DNA of 51,455 nucleotides, from contig JBGATO010000026.1 of NCBI GenBank assembly GCA_044229145.1, forward strand, positions 1 through 51,455, in the 5' to 3' direction. The notes below the pieces were generated by a model. That model made no database searches. It saw nothing but the letters and a program-made list of their open reading frames with translations, and was not told the DNA's origin. This DNA is from Candidatus Eiseniibacteriota bacterium. Its GTDB lineage: Bacteria > Eisenbacteria > RBG-16-71-46 > CAZEPH01. Positions 29,514-39,426 of this stretch are shown piece after piece; position 1 is the first letter of the stretch; every line of letters begins with the position of its first letter. The position numbers and the translations under genes are program-made.

Positions 29514-30001
29514 GGCGGCGAATCGTGGGCGTCTGGCTGGCGTGCCTCGCCTCGGCGGTGCTCGCCACTCCGGCGTCCGCTCTCATGCGTGAGGTGCCGC
29601 TCGGCGAGTGCGCCTCGCAGGCCGCCGCCGTCGTGGTGGCACGGGTCGACGCGTTGCAGAGCCACTGGACGGACGACGGCACCACCATCGTGACCGACGT
29701 GTCCTTCACGGTACTCGACGGCTGGCGCGGCACGCTGGCCCCGCAGGCGCCGCTGACCCTCACGGTGACCGGCGGGGAAGTCGGCGACATCGGCGTGCGC
29801 AGCGAGCACCAGCCGCAGTTCCGCCGCGGCGAAACCGTGGTGCTCTTCCTCGAGGAAACGGCGGGCGCGCGCTACGCGGTCTACGGCCTCGAGCAGGGCG
29901 TCTGCCGCGTCGAGCGCGACATCGTCTACCCCTTCCGCGGGGAACCTGTGACCCGGATGGACCTCGCCGCCACGGTGGCGCGCGCCTCGCGCACTCGGTG
30001 A
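29510..30001 (+). CDS. Secreted protein resembling the small N-terminal/pro-domain often associated with matrixins
   Basis: Signal peptide; A..VV.ARV...IVTDV.F.V...GGEVG...P.F..GE.V.LFL...GLEQG pattern. Confidence 0.72.
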   Translation: MRRRIVGVWLACLASAVLATPASALMREVPLGECASQAAAVVVARVDALQSHWTDDGTTIVTDVSFTVLDGWRGTLAPQAPLTLTVTGGEVGDIGVRSEHQPQFRRGETVVLFLEETAGARYAVYGLEQGVCRVERDIVYPFRGEPVTRMDLAATVARASRTR

Positions 30002-30034
30002 GTGACGCGGGCCTCGTGCCCGAAGGAGATCAGC

Positions 30035-33000
30035 ATGCGAACGCGTCTTCTCGTCGTGGCGATGTGCGTCGTCGGGCTGTGCGGCTCCGCTCTGCGAGCG
30101 TCGGCCGCGGCTCCGGTCATCACCGCCATGACCCCCAACCCGGTGTCCGCGAACACGGGCGCCAGCATCACCATCACCGGCACCGATTTCGGCTCGATGG
30201 CCGACACGGTGCGCTTCGCCGGCAGTCCGTACTCGCCGGTGACACCGTTGATCGTCGCCCCCAATGTCGTCGTGGTCCGCGTCCCCTACACCTGGAGCGG
30301 CGACGTCACCATCAGGAGTGCGGTGTCCGGCCTGGTGAGCGCGCCGTCGCCGCTCACCGTGAGCTACAACTACACCGGCACCAAGTGGAATACCACGGCC
30401 ATGCCGTTCACCTGGTACACGAACTCCAGCGGCGCGCCGGGTCTCACGTACACCGAGACTCACGACGCGCTGGCCCAGGCCTACGAGACCTGGGAGTGTG
30501 CCAGCGGCATGACCTGCACCGATGCCGGCACCACCTCCACGCTCGGCAATAGCCAGAGCGACGGCAAGAACGTCTGCTGGTGGTCGAACCTCGGCTCCGG
30601 CGGCACCATCGCCGTCACCAACTGGGTCTACTACGTGCCGAGCGGCGACATCCGCGAGTTCGACATCACGTTCAACTCCTACTATGCGTGGGCGGTGAAC
30701 GGCGATGCCTCCAAGATGGACATCCTCAACATCGCCACGCACGAGGCCGGACACTCGATCGGTCTGGGCGACATGTACGGCGCCGCCGATGCCGCGAAGA
30801 CGATGTACGGCTACTCCAACTACGGCGATCAAGCGCGCCGCACCTTGACGCCCGACGACGTCACCGGCGTCGAGTGGATGTACGCGCACACCAGCCGGCC
30901 GAACTTCATCGCCGGCACGCCGAGCGGCTGGTACGGCTCCATCGTGCCGCGGGCGACGAACGACGCCAACGGGAGCTACGCGCCGCTGCCGGCGACGCTG
31001 CCCAACAGCGCCACCACCTACGTCAACTGCGGCATGATCAACGTCGGCGGCGACTGTGCCGCGCCCTTCGGGGTCAACGACGTGTGGCTCGACGACGTCG
31101 CGACCTGGTGGAACACGTGGGGCTGGAGTTGGGGCGCCGGGTACGTCACCGGCTGGACCAACATGGCGCACACGGTGCGCGGCGGCCGCCACACGCTGAA
31201 GTACACGATGGACGACAACAACGACATCGTGGAGGCGGTCGAGGTGGACAACACCGCGTCCGCGCAGTTCGTGTGGGATCCGTACACGCTCACGGACCAA
31301 GTGCCGCTCGTGCGCGAAGGGCCGCCGGCCAAGGGCGGTTTCAGTGCGCCCAACTGCGACGGCTATCGCATCAACGGGAACTGGTGGGGCGCCATCGCGA
31401 CGGTTCCGCAAGCGTCCGGCGACGACTACGACGTCACGCTCTATGGCGACTACGCGAACTCGACCACCGGGTTCACGACGCCGCTGGCGTCCTCGACCTA
31501 CGGCGGCGATGCCACCGACTTCGTGGGCTTCAATGGCAACGTGATCGGCAGTGGCGCGTCGCGGCAAGCCGGCGTGGTGCGCTACGCGGCGAGCAGCGCC
31601 GCGACCATGGTGGTGCACCAGAGTAACCAAGTCGGCAACACGCTCTACCCGTCGACCACGTACAACTCGACGGTCAACACCGGCACGGTGAATGTCGCCG
31701 CGCACGACCTGATCAAGGTGCACGAAGTGTATCTCGGCTCGACCGCGACGACCTACACGTTCACGCTGGAGAACCAGAGCGGCACCGCGGACCTCGACGT
31801 CGGCCTGTACTCGTCGTCCGCGAGTTACTTCGCGCGCTCCGATTATCTGGCGGCGAGTACGGCGACGCTCGGCGGCGGCAACGAATCCTTCTCGTTCAAG
31901 CCGTCGACGGCCGGCTACTACGGCGTCGTGGTGTGGAAGAAGAGCCGCGCCTCCGACGGTTTGGCCAACAGCTACATCCTGCGCGTCGGTCCGTCGCTGT
32001 CGAACATCTGCGTCACTGGGACGCCGGCCGGCTGGGCATCGCCCGCCGTGCCGCGTGACAGCAGCAACGCCACCACATCGCACGTCGTGCTCACGCCGGT
32101 GCTGCATGGCAACACCGCCGACACCTATCTCAATTGGTCAGCGGAGCAGCAGGGCCCGAACCCGATCCCGTCGTGGGAGCTGTACCTGATCGCGGACGAG
32201 GACGGTGGTGGCTACCTGCGGGTGGAAGCGGCCGACTATCCCGTGCAGTGGGATTTGATCGTCAATACCGGGCCGTGGACGATGCGCGGCGGGCGCCACT
32301 CGCTGCGTCTGTGGGCGGATCAAGACAGCCTGGTGCCGGAGTCCAACGAGAATGACGACACGTGGCGCGGGCAGTGGGTGTGGAGCCCGCTCGCTCTGAC
32401 CACGCGGACGGCGGTGTCGCGCATCTTGGCGCCGCACCCCGGAGTCTTCGTCCAGCCCAACACGGACGGATTCCAGGTGACGCGCAGTTCATCGTATGCC
32501 TGGGTGACCGCATCGGCGCCGACCGGATCCGGCGATGACTACGATCTCTACGTGTACGACGACTACGCGAACAGCACCACGGGCTTCAGCAACCTGCGGG
32601 GCTACTCGGCCTACGGCAGCACGGCGACGGACTTCGTGGTCGGGCACTACTCCGGCACGCCGACGACGCTCTATCCCGGCGTGACGCGCTACGCGATGTC
32701 CGCGCACGCGCCGTACTACATCGACAACGCGGACGCGAGTAGCCGCAATGGCGGCGCGCCGAGCACCTGGTTGTCGCAGACGCTCGGGGTGGGCCGTCTC
32801 GCGGACGTGTACGAGGTGTCGCTCACCATCGGACAGACGTACACCCTCACGCTCAAACGCGAGAGTGGCACCGCGGACCTGATGATGGAGGTGTTCCCGG
32901 CTCGCGTCGGGAAGATCTACGGCCGCGGCTACGGACTCTCAACCTCGTCGGCCATCTACCCCGACCAGGACCGCATCACGATTACCGCGGAATCCACCGG

Positions 33001-33397
33001 CTGGCACCCGCTGGTGGTGTTCCGCAACTCCGGCACCGAGGCGGGATCGGCAGTGACGTATTCGCTGTACCTGCAGCCCGGCTCGGTGGTCGACGCGGGT
33101 TCGCCGCCAGAGGTGCCGGCGACGCTCGCGTGGCAGCTGGTGTCGACGAATCCCGCGCGCAGGGAGGTGCGGTGCGAGCTGCGCGCGCCGCGGGAGACGA
33201 CGGCGCGGCTGCGGGTCTTCGATGCGAAGGGACGCTGCGTGCGGACCTACGCGCCGGAGACATTCACCCCAGGCGTCCACGCGGTGACGTGGGACGGCCG
33301 CACCGACGCGGGTATCCTCGCCGGCACCGGCGTCTACGTTCTGCGGCTCGACGCCGGGACGGCGCGCTTCACGCAACGGGCAATGCTCGTGCGCTGA
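30035..33397 (+). CDS. Secreted matrixin-family metalloprotease with IPT/TIG domain, duplicated ~370-aa module and FlgD-like CTD
   Basis: ITITGTDFG (IPT), THEAGHSIGLGD plus Met-turn KTMY, internal repeat, C-terminal VFDAKGRCVR...WDGRTD.G.....GVY. Confidence 0.88.
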   Translation: MRTRLLVVAMCVVGLCGSALRASAAAPVITAMTPNPVSANTGASITITGTDFGSMADTVRFAGSPYSPVTPLIVAPNVVVVRVPYTWSGDVTIRSAVSGLVSAPSPLTVSYNYTGTKWNTTAMPFTWYTNSSGAPGLTYTETHDALAQAYETWECASGMTCTDAGTTSTLGNSQSDGKNVCWWSNLGSGGTIAVTNWVYYVPSGDIREFDITFNSYYAWAVNGDASKMDILNIATHEAGHSIGLGDMYGAADAAKTMYGYSNYGDQARRTLTPDDVTGVEWMYAHTSRPNFIAGTPSGWYGSIVPRATNDANGSYAPLPATLPNSATTYVNCGMINVGGDCAAPFGVNDVWLDDVATWWNTWGWSWGAGYVTGWTNMAHTVRGGRHTLKYTMDDNNDIVEAVEVDNTASAQFVWDPYTLTDQVPLVREGPPAKGGFSAPNCDGYRINGNWWGAIATVPQASGDDYDVTLYGDYANSTTGFTTPLASSTYGGDATDFVGFNGNVIGSGASRQAGVVRYAASSAATMVVHQSNQVGNTLYPSTTYNSTVNTGTVNVAAHDLIKVHEVYLGSTATTYTFTLENQSGTADLDVGLYSSSASYFARSDYLAASTATLGGGNESFSFKPSTAGYYGVVVWKKSRASDGLANSYILRVGPSLSNICVTGTPAGWASPAVPRDSSNATTSHVVLTPVLHGNTADTYLNWSAEQQGPNPIPSWELYLIADEDGGGYLRVEAADYPVQWDLIVNTGPWTMRGGRHSLRLWADQDSLVPESNENDDTWRGQWVWSPLALTTRTAVSRILAPHPGVFVQPNTDGFQVTRSSSYAWVTASAPTGSGDDYDLYVYDDYANSTTGFSNLRGYSAYGSTATDFVVGHYSGTPTTLYPGVTRYAMSAHAPYYIDNADASSRNGGAPSTWLSQTLGVGRLADVYEVSLTIGQTYTLTLKRESGTADLMMEVFPARVGKIYGRGYGLSTSSAIYPDQDRITITAESTGWHPLVVFRNSGTEAGSAVTYSLYLQPGSVVDAGSPPEVPATLAWQLVSTNPARREVRCELRAPRETTARLRVFDAKGRCVRTYAPETFTPGVHAVTWDGRTDAGILAGTGVYVLRLDAGTARFTQRAMLVR

Positions 33398-33422
33398 GCG
33401 CGCATCCGAGCCAATGGAGCGG

Positions 33423-33451
33423 GCGGCCCTTCCGCGAGGGAGGGCCGCTTC
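33423..33451 (+). terminator. Intrinsic terminator hairpin
   Basis: GCGGCCCTTCC-GCGA-GGGAGGGCCGC-TTC. Confidence 0.65.
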
Positions 33452-33516
33452 GTTCGTCCGCCGGACTGCGCGCGTTTGCGGTTTGCCGGCCGCCGCGCGT
33501 CGAGTACGCTGCCGCC

Positions 33517-34737
33517 ATGCTCGATCTCGGCTTCGTACGCGCCCAGTTTCCCGCCCTGCGGGACGACTGGGCGCTCTTCGACAACGCGGGCGGCAGCGTG
33601 CCGCTCGGTTCGGTCATCGCCGCGGTGGCGGACTACATGGCGCGCTGGCAGGTCCAGCTCGGCGCCTCCTATTGGCAGTCGGACACCGCCACCCGGCTGG
33701 TCGCCGAGGGCCACGCGGCGATCGCCCGGTCGATCGGCGCGGACGAGGGCGAAGTCGTGATCTCCTCGTCCACGACGATGAACCTGCGCCTGCTGGCCGC
33801 TGCGTTGCGCCACACCTTCCGGCCGGGCGACGAGATCGTCGTCAGCGACCTCGAACACGAGTCGAACGGCGGCGCCTGGCGCGCGCTCGAAGCCGACGGC
33901 GTGGTCCTCCGCACGTGGGAGTTCGACCGCGACACGCAGGAGCTCACGCGCGCCGGCCTCGACCGCGTGCTGAATGCGCGCACGCGGCTGGTGGCGTTCA
34001 CGCACTGCTCGAACATCGTCGGGACGATCCACGATGCCGCGGCGTTCGTGCGCCGCATCCACGAGGCCGGCGCGTTGGCGTGCGTCGACGGCGTGGCGTT
34101 CGCACCGCATCGCCAGGTGGATGTCGCGGCGATCGGCGCCGACTTCTACGCGTTCTCGATCTACAAGGTGTTCGGGCCGCACCTCGGCGCGCTGTACGGC
34201 CGGCGCGCGCTGCTCGAGCAGGCCGGCTCCAACAATCACTTCTTCATCGCCGCGGACGACGTGCCGTACAAGCTGGTGCCCGGCGGGGCGAACCACGAAC
34301 TCACCGCGGCGCTGCCGGCGATCGGGGCGTACCTCACGGCGCTCGACGCGCATCACGGTGGGGGCGACGATGGCGCGCGGGCGCAAAGCGGCCGCGCGTT
34401 CGCGCGCATCGCCGAGCACGAGGCGCTCCTCGCCGCGCCGGTGCTGGCGTTCCTGCGGCAGCATCCGCGGGTGCGGTTGCTCGGCCTCGCCGATCCGGAC
34501 CCGGCGCGCCGCGTGCCGACCATCGCGTTCACCGTGACGGGGCGCCACGCGTCCGAGATTCCACCGCTGCTCGACAAGGAGAACATCGCCATCCGCTGGG
34601 GACATTTCTACGCGCATCGCGCGGTGAGCGCGCTCGGCCTGCACGAGCAGGGAGGCGTCGTGCGCATCAGCATGGCGCACTACAACACTCCGGCGGAGGT
34701 CGCGCGCTTGTTGCTCGCGCTGGAGCGCGTCCTGTGA
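33517..34737 (+). CDS. Cysteine desulfurase-like aminotransferase class V
   Basis: VRAQFPAL, FDNAGGS, EHESN, VDGVAFAPH, FSIYKVFGPH (PLP Lys), GHFYA, RISMAHYN. Confidence 0.9.
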   Translation: MLDLGFVRAQFPALRDDWALFDNAGGSVPLGSVIAAVADYMARWQVQLGASYWQSDTATRLVAEGHAAIARSIGADEGEVVISSSTTMNLRLLAAALRHTFRPGDEIVVSDLEHESNGGAWRALEADGVVLRTWEFDRDTQELTRAGLDRVLNARTRLVAFTHCSNIVGTIHDAAAFVRRIHEAGALACVDGVAFAPHRQVDVAAIGADFYAFSIYKVFGPHLGALYGRRALLEQAGSNNHFFIAADDVPYKLVPGGANHELTAALPAIGAYLTALDAHHGGGDDGARAQSGRAFARIAEHEALLAAPVLAFLRQHPRVRLLGLADPDPARRVPTIAFTVTGRHASEIPPLLDKENIAIRWGHFYAHRAVSALGLHEQGGVVRISMAHYNTPAEVARLLLALERVL

Positions 34738-35996
34738 GCGCCGACGCGGCGGTGCGGCCGCGCCACGCGCACCCGAGCGCCTACATGTTCCTCATCGCGC
34801 CGTTCGGCGTGATGGGGGGCTACCTGACGGTCACGGTGGCGTACCAGCTCACGCACGCCGGCGTGCCGGTCGAGATGGTGGCGGCGGTGATCGCGCTCAG
34901 CTACGTCCCGCACTCGATCAAGTTCCTGTGGGCCCCGATCGCCGATAGCACGTTCACGCGCAAGGGTTGGTATCTCACCGCCTGCATCCTCAGCGCGATC
35001 GGCATCGCCGCCACCGGCATGGTGCCGGCGCGCGCGTCGAGCATCCATCTGCTGAACATCATCGTGTTCGTGGCGAACTTCGCGGTGACGTTCCTGGCGA
35101 TGGCCACCGAGAGCTTGATGGCGTACTGCACGCCGGAGGACGAGAAGGGGCGGGCGTCGGGCTGGTTCCAGGCCGGCAATCTCGGCGGCAACGGTCTTGG
35201 CGGCGGACTCGGGTTGATGATCGCGCAGCACGCCGCGCAGCCGTGGATCGCCGGCACGATTCTCGGCGCCGCGTGCTTGTTCTGCGCCTACGCCCTGCGC
35301 TACTTGCCGGAGCCGTCCACCGACCACCGCGGCACCCACGTGTGGGAGACGATCCGCAACGCCGTCGTCGACTTGTTCAAGGTCGTGGCGAGCCGCGGCG
35401 GCTTCATCGCGTTGTTCCTCTGCTTCCTGCCGATCGGCTCCGGCGCGGCGAGCGGATTGTGGTCCGCGGTGGCAGGCGAGTGGAAGGCGTCGGCGGAGGC
35501 GGTCGCGCTGGTCACCGGCGTGTTCGCGGGTGTGATCTCCGCCGTCGGCTGTCTGGCGGGCGGTTGGATGTGCGACCGCATGGATCGCAAAGCGTCGTAC
35601 GTGATGTACGGCATGCTGCAGGGCGCGACCGCGGTCGGCATGGCGTTCTGTCCGCGCACCCAGGCGATGTACATCGTCTGGACGTCGATCTACGCCTTCG
35701 TCACCGGCCTCACCTACGCCGGCTTCACGGCGGTCGTGTTGGAGGCGATCGGACACGGCGCGGCGGCGACCAAGTACAGCACCTACGCGTCGCTCTCCAA
35801 CATTCCGATCGCCTACATGACGCGCATCGACGGCTGGGCCGATGCACGGTGGCAGGGGCGCGGCATGTTGCTCACGGAGGCGGCGGTCGGCGTGTTGGGC
35901 CTCGGCGTGTTCGCCCTGATGTTGCTGGCTGTTGCGTGGATTGGGCGGCGCTGGCCGGCCTGGCGCAAGCCGGACGCCCGCTCGCTCAGCGCGTGA
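34734..35996 (+). CDS. MFS transporter (AmpG-like)
   Basis: PHSIKFLWAPIAD motif, about 12 hydrophobic segments, AATKYS...SLSN; GTGA overlap. Confidence 0.85.
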   Translation: MSADAAVRPRHAHPSAYMFLIAPFGVMGGYLTVTVAYQLTHAGVPVEMVAAVIALSYVPHSIKFLWAPIADSTFTRKGWYLTACILSAIGIAATGMVPARASSIHLLNIIVFVANFAVTFLAMATESLMAYCTPEDEKGRASGWFQAGNLGGNGLGGGLGLMIAQHAAQPWIAGTILGAACLFCAYALRYLPEPSTDHRGTHVWETIRNAVVDLFKVVASRGGFIALFLCFLPIGSGAASGLWSAVAGEWKASAEAVALVTGVFAGVISAVGCLAGGWMCDRMDRKASYVMYGMLQGATAVGMAFCPRTQAMYIVWTSIYAFVTGLTYAGFTAVVLEAIGHGAAATKYSTYASLSNIPIAYMTRIDGWADARWQGRGMLLTEAAVGVLGLGVFALMLLAVAWIGRRWPAWRKPDARSLSA

Positions 35997-38616
35997 TGGC
36001 GAGGCGCGCGCGGCGCACCCCGCCCGAGGAACGCGCCTCGACGAAGTAAAGTCCCGACGCGACGCGCCGCCCGGCATCGTCGCGGAGATCCCACGCCAGC
36101 GCGTGCGGCCCGAGCGTCCACGATTCCGCGGCGAACTGCCGCACCACGCGCCCGCGCACGTCGGCCACGCGCACGGTGACGACGTCGGCGCGTGTCACCT
36201 CGCAGCGCAGCGTGACCGCGTCGCGTGCGGGCGACGGCGCGACGGTGAGCACGCCAACCGCCGGCGTGCTCGCCGCGCCCAGCGTGAACGCCGCGTCGTG
36301 CGGCCCCCCGAGCGCGTCGAATGAAAGCGGTGGCGCCCCGAGAGTCGCCACGCCGTCCGGCAGCGCCGGCAGCGTGTGCCCGCCGAGCCGTCCATCCGCG
36401 TCGACCAGCAACGCCAGCACGCGCACGCGCCCCCGCAGACCCGATGCGTCGAGCGCGCTCCACGGGACGAACCACTCGCAGCCATGCTCGGCCGACGCGG
36501 CGCCGTCTGCGCTGGTGGCGCCGACGCCGGCGCGATTCGAATCGTCGAGTCCGACCTCGAGGCCGTCCACGAGCGGCTCGCGCGCGCCGAAGGCGTGCGC
36601 GCCGAGGTCGCGCGCCGTTGCCAGGCCGCCGCGCCACGTCGCCTGCCACGCGTGGAGCTGGCCGCCGGCCGCGTGCACCCAGAGCGCAGCGTCGGGCCCA
36701 AAGTCGCCTGCCAGGCGCAATCCGTCGAGCGCGCGCAACCCCGCCGGTGCGGCGGTGAACCCGGCAGTGCGCAGGGTGGTGCCGCCCGTAGTGCCGGCCT
36801 GCACGAGCAGCACCAACCCCGTGCCGTCGAGTGGCACATTGCCGGTGACTCCGAGCCAGAGTCCGCTGCTGTCCGACCGGGCGAACAGCTGGTCGAGTTC
36901 GCGGCGATCGTCGTCGGCGCCGGCGGCGCGCGACTGCGTCGCCAGAAGAGTGCCGCGCGCGAAGTCGCGGGGAAGGGACGCGCCGTCCACCGTCGTGGAA
37001 TCGCGGCCGGGCGCGATGGACGCCACCGCGATCACCGCCCAGCCATGCGCGGTCACCGCCACCGGATACGCGCTCCGGTTCCTGGCGTCCGCCGCCGGCA
37101 GGTCACGGTTCTGCACGAGATCGTGGAGCGCCGCCCCCGGCGCCGCGCCGAGCAGTTCGCGTAGATCGAGGTGCGTCGTGAAGGCGCGGTTCGACAGGTT
37201 GATGGCCACCGCGACGCTCTCGCCGGCGGCGATGCGCGCGAACGCCCACACTGCGCTGGCGTCGGCGCTGAGCGGGAGATAGCGGCCGTGGCGCAGCGCG
37301 GCGTGCGCGTGTCGCAAGGCGGCCAGTCCGCGATAGGTCTCGAGGAGTGACCCGGAGACGCCGCTCTGCTCTTCGACGGAGCGTCCGTCGCGATCGCGCG
37401 CGACGCGGCCGGCGTAGGCGGCGCCGTTGAGCGAGACGTAGTTCGACATCGGCGGGCCGTCGACCGCGTTCCACTTGAACGGCTCGCGGAACGGGATGTC
37501 GCTGGCGTCGCTTGCGTAGCCGGCCTTGGTGCCACGCATGCCGAGTTCGTCGCCGAAGTAGATCACGGGCGGAAGCGGTTGCAGCAGCGACACCGCGGCG
37601 GCCGAGCGCAGGCGACCCGCGTCGTCGCCGAGCACCGAGGCAAGCCGGTCGACATCGTGATCGCCGAGCGTCTCGAGGGCGAAGCGTCCGGCCGGCAACG
37701 CCGCCAGCGTCGCGCCCATTTCCGTATAGAGCTCGCCCGCATTCTCGGCCGCCAATGCGCGCCGCGCGGCGAACAGGAACGGCTTCGTGAAGGCGGCGTC
37801 GTGCGCGCTCAGGAACTCGCTGCCGCGTGAGCCCCAGTCGCCTTGCTCCGCGAACGTAAATACTTGCGGATTCATGCGCTGCATCGCCGTCTTCCAGTAC
37901 TGCCAGAATGCCAGCGTGTAGCCCCAGCCCTCGTCCAGGACGACGTGGTCGAGCCGGTAACCGTCGACGCCGTCGCGCGGATCGCCGTCGCCGTTGGGGT
38001 CGAGCCAATGCGCCGTCCACGCGACGAGCGAGTCCACCGCCGCCGGCGTCTGCAGATTCCAGCGCACGTAGCCGACCTGATCGCCGTTCCACGTCGTGAA
38101 CGCACCGCCGTCGTACGAGCGGTTGGCGACGTGCGCGTCGCGGTACGCGAGCAAGTCGGTGAGCAGCGACGCGGGCTGCCGGTAGGTCTGCTGGAAGATC
38201 GTGCTGCGCGTCGACACCATGTAGGCCACCAGGTCGATGTAGACCTGGATGCTGTCGGCATGCGCCGCGCGCACGAAGTCGAGGAACTGGGCCTCGGTGC
38301 CGAATCGCGGGTTGATGGTGTTCGGCGGCAGGTGCTGGTAGCCGTGGTAGGCGGGGGAGTCGAAGATCGGCGTCATCCACACCGCGGTGACACCGAGCGA
38401 ACGTAGGTACGGCAGCGCGGCGGTCATGCCGCCGAAGTCGCCGAAGCGCGCGGCGTCGTTGTCGGAGTCGCGCCAGGCGATCGGCATGTACTCGTAGAAG
38501 ATCGCGTCGCGCGGCGCGGTGGCCGCGGCGCGCGATGCGAGTGCGAACACGCCGATCGCCAGACACGCGGCACGCCCCCGCGCGGCGCGAGCCAGATTGC
38601 GGAGCGCGCGAATCAT
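35986..38616 (-). CDS. Secreted GH13 alpha-amylase family protein with FlgD-like CTD
   Basis: GDFGG, LGVTAVW.TPIF, YHGY, DGYRLD, FAE, DHDVDR, IYFGDELG; C-terminal WDLRDDAG..VASGLYF. Confidence 0.88.
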   Translation of the reverse strand: MIRALRNLARAARGRAACLAIGVFALASRAAATAPRDAIFYEYMPIAWRDSDNDAARFGDFGGMTAALPYLRSLGVTAVWMTPIFDSPAYHGYQHLPPNTINPRFGTEAQFLDFVRAAHADSIQVYIDLVAYMVSTRSTIFQQTYRQPASLLTDLLAYRDAHVANRSYDGGAFTTWNGDQVGYVRWNLQTPAAVDSLVAWTAHWLDPNGDGDPRDGVDGYRLDHVVLDEGWGYTLAFWQYWKTAMQRMNPQVFTFAEQGDWGSRGSEFLSAHDAAFTKPFLFAARRALAAENAGELYTEMGATLAALPAGRFALETLGDHDVDRLASVLGDDAGRLRSAAAVSLLQPLPPVIYFGDELGMRGTKAGYASDASDIPFREPFKWNAVDGPPMSNYVSLNGAAYAGRVARDRDGRSVEEQSGVSGSLLETYRGLAALRHAHAALRHGRYLPLSADASAVWAFARIAAGESVAVAINLSNRAFTTHLDLRELLGAAPGAALHDLVQNRDLPAADARNRSAYPVAVTAHGWAVIAVASIAPGRDSTTVDGASLPRDFARGTLLATQSRAAGADDDRRELDQLFARSDSSGLWLGVTGNVPLDGTGLVLLVQAGTTGGTTLRTAGFTAAPAGLRALDGLRLAGDFGPDAALWVHAAGGQLHAWQATWRGGLATARDLGAHAFGAREPLVDGLEVGLDDSNRAGVGATSADGAASAEHGCEWFVPWSALDASGLRGRVRVLALLVDADGRLGGHTLPALPDGVATLGAPPLSFDALGGPHDAAFTLGAASTPAVGVLTVAPSPARDAVTLRCEVTRADVVTVRVADVRGRVVRQFAAESWTLGPHALAWDLRDDAGRRVASGLYFVEARSSGGVRRARLAITR

Positions 38617-38626
38617 GCCGCGCACG

Positions 38627-39319
38627 CTACCACAGGCGGCCCTGCCGGCCCGCCTCTCCCTCCGGCGCAGGACGGGACCGCTTCTTGAGCCGCGGCACCG
38701 CGCCAAGCAACAGGTCGAGCCCGAGCTCGAACGTCGTCTCGAAGTGCTCGGGCGTGAAGTATTCGCCGGCCGCCGCGATGTGCGGAAAGCGTGCGTCCCA
38801 CTCGTCCTCGGGCACCGGATCGAGCGAGCCCGGCCCCTTCGCGTAGCCCTGCGTCTCGTCGAGGATCGCGCCCATCAGGTAGTAGCTCAGGACGCGAAAG
38901 AGCCGCGCCGCCGCTTCGGTGTCGAGCCCGAGGTCGCGGCACGCCTTCACCGCCGCGTCGAGTTTCGCGAGCGCCGGCGCCGACTCCATACGATGGACGA
39001 TGAAGAACTGCGAGAAATGGGGGTAGCGCACGGCGATGGTGCGGTAGCCGCGCATGATGGCGCGGAGCCGCTCGAGCGGCGGCAGGCTGTCCGCCGGCAT
39101 CGGGATCTCGTCGACCAGACGATCCACCAGCGCGTCGAGGATGTGCGCCTTGCTCGGGAAGTGGTGGTAGACGCTCATCGCCTCGCAGCCAAGCGCGCGC
39201 CCGAGCTTACGTGCGCTGAACTCTCGAAGCCCTTCGCGTTCAATCAGATCAAGAGATGTCGTGAGGATGAGTTCACGGCTGAGCGGGCGCCGGGCAGGCG
39301 GCGCGGCGGATGTTTGCAT
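38627..39319 (-). CDS. TetR family transcriptional regulator
   Basis: LSRELIL...EGL..FS.RKLG..LGCEAMSVYHHFPSK HTH; FELGLDLLL C-terminus; ATG 39319 preferred to TTG 39328. Confidence 0.93.
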   Translation of the reverse strand: MQTSAAPPARRPLSRELILTTSLDLIEREGLREFSARKLGRALGCEAMSVYHHFPSKAHILDALVDRLVDEIPMPADSLPPLERLRAIMRGYRTIAVRYPHFSQFFIVHRMESAPALAKLDAAVKACRDLGLDTEAAARLFRVLSYYLMGAILDETQGYAKGPGSLDPVPEDEWDARFPHIAAAGEYFTPEHFETTFELGLDLLLGAVPRLKKRSRPAPEGEAGRQGRLW

Positions 39320-39321
39320 GC

Positions 39322-39374
39322 TTGACAACTTACAGCGTAAGGATAGACTTCGACAAGTAGCCTTACGTCGTAAG
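39322..39374. promoter_or_regulatory. Divergent promoters with two TetR-type operators CTTAC-N3-GTAAG
   Basis: TTGACA-N16-TAGACT on +; TTGTCG-N18-TAAGTT on -; palindromes at 39329-39341 and 39362-39374. Confidence 0.8.
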
Positions 39375-39426
39375 CCTGAGGAAAGCCCGACCCCTCACCG
39401 CCCGATCCCGAAAGGACTCCCGCCCG

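Noticed and set aside
11582..33451. Similar GCGGC..GCGA..GCCGC hairpins at 11582 and 33423 as a REP/MITE family
   Set aside because: Only two imperfect copies, both directly after stop codons; adequately explained as terminators with a GNRA loop.
33517..34737. Desulfurase-like gene as a selenocysteine lyase linked to the UGA gene
   Set aside because: 12 kb away, in a separate unit with an MFS gene, and it has GHFYA in place of the catalytic G.HCA Cys; no supportable link.
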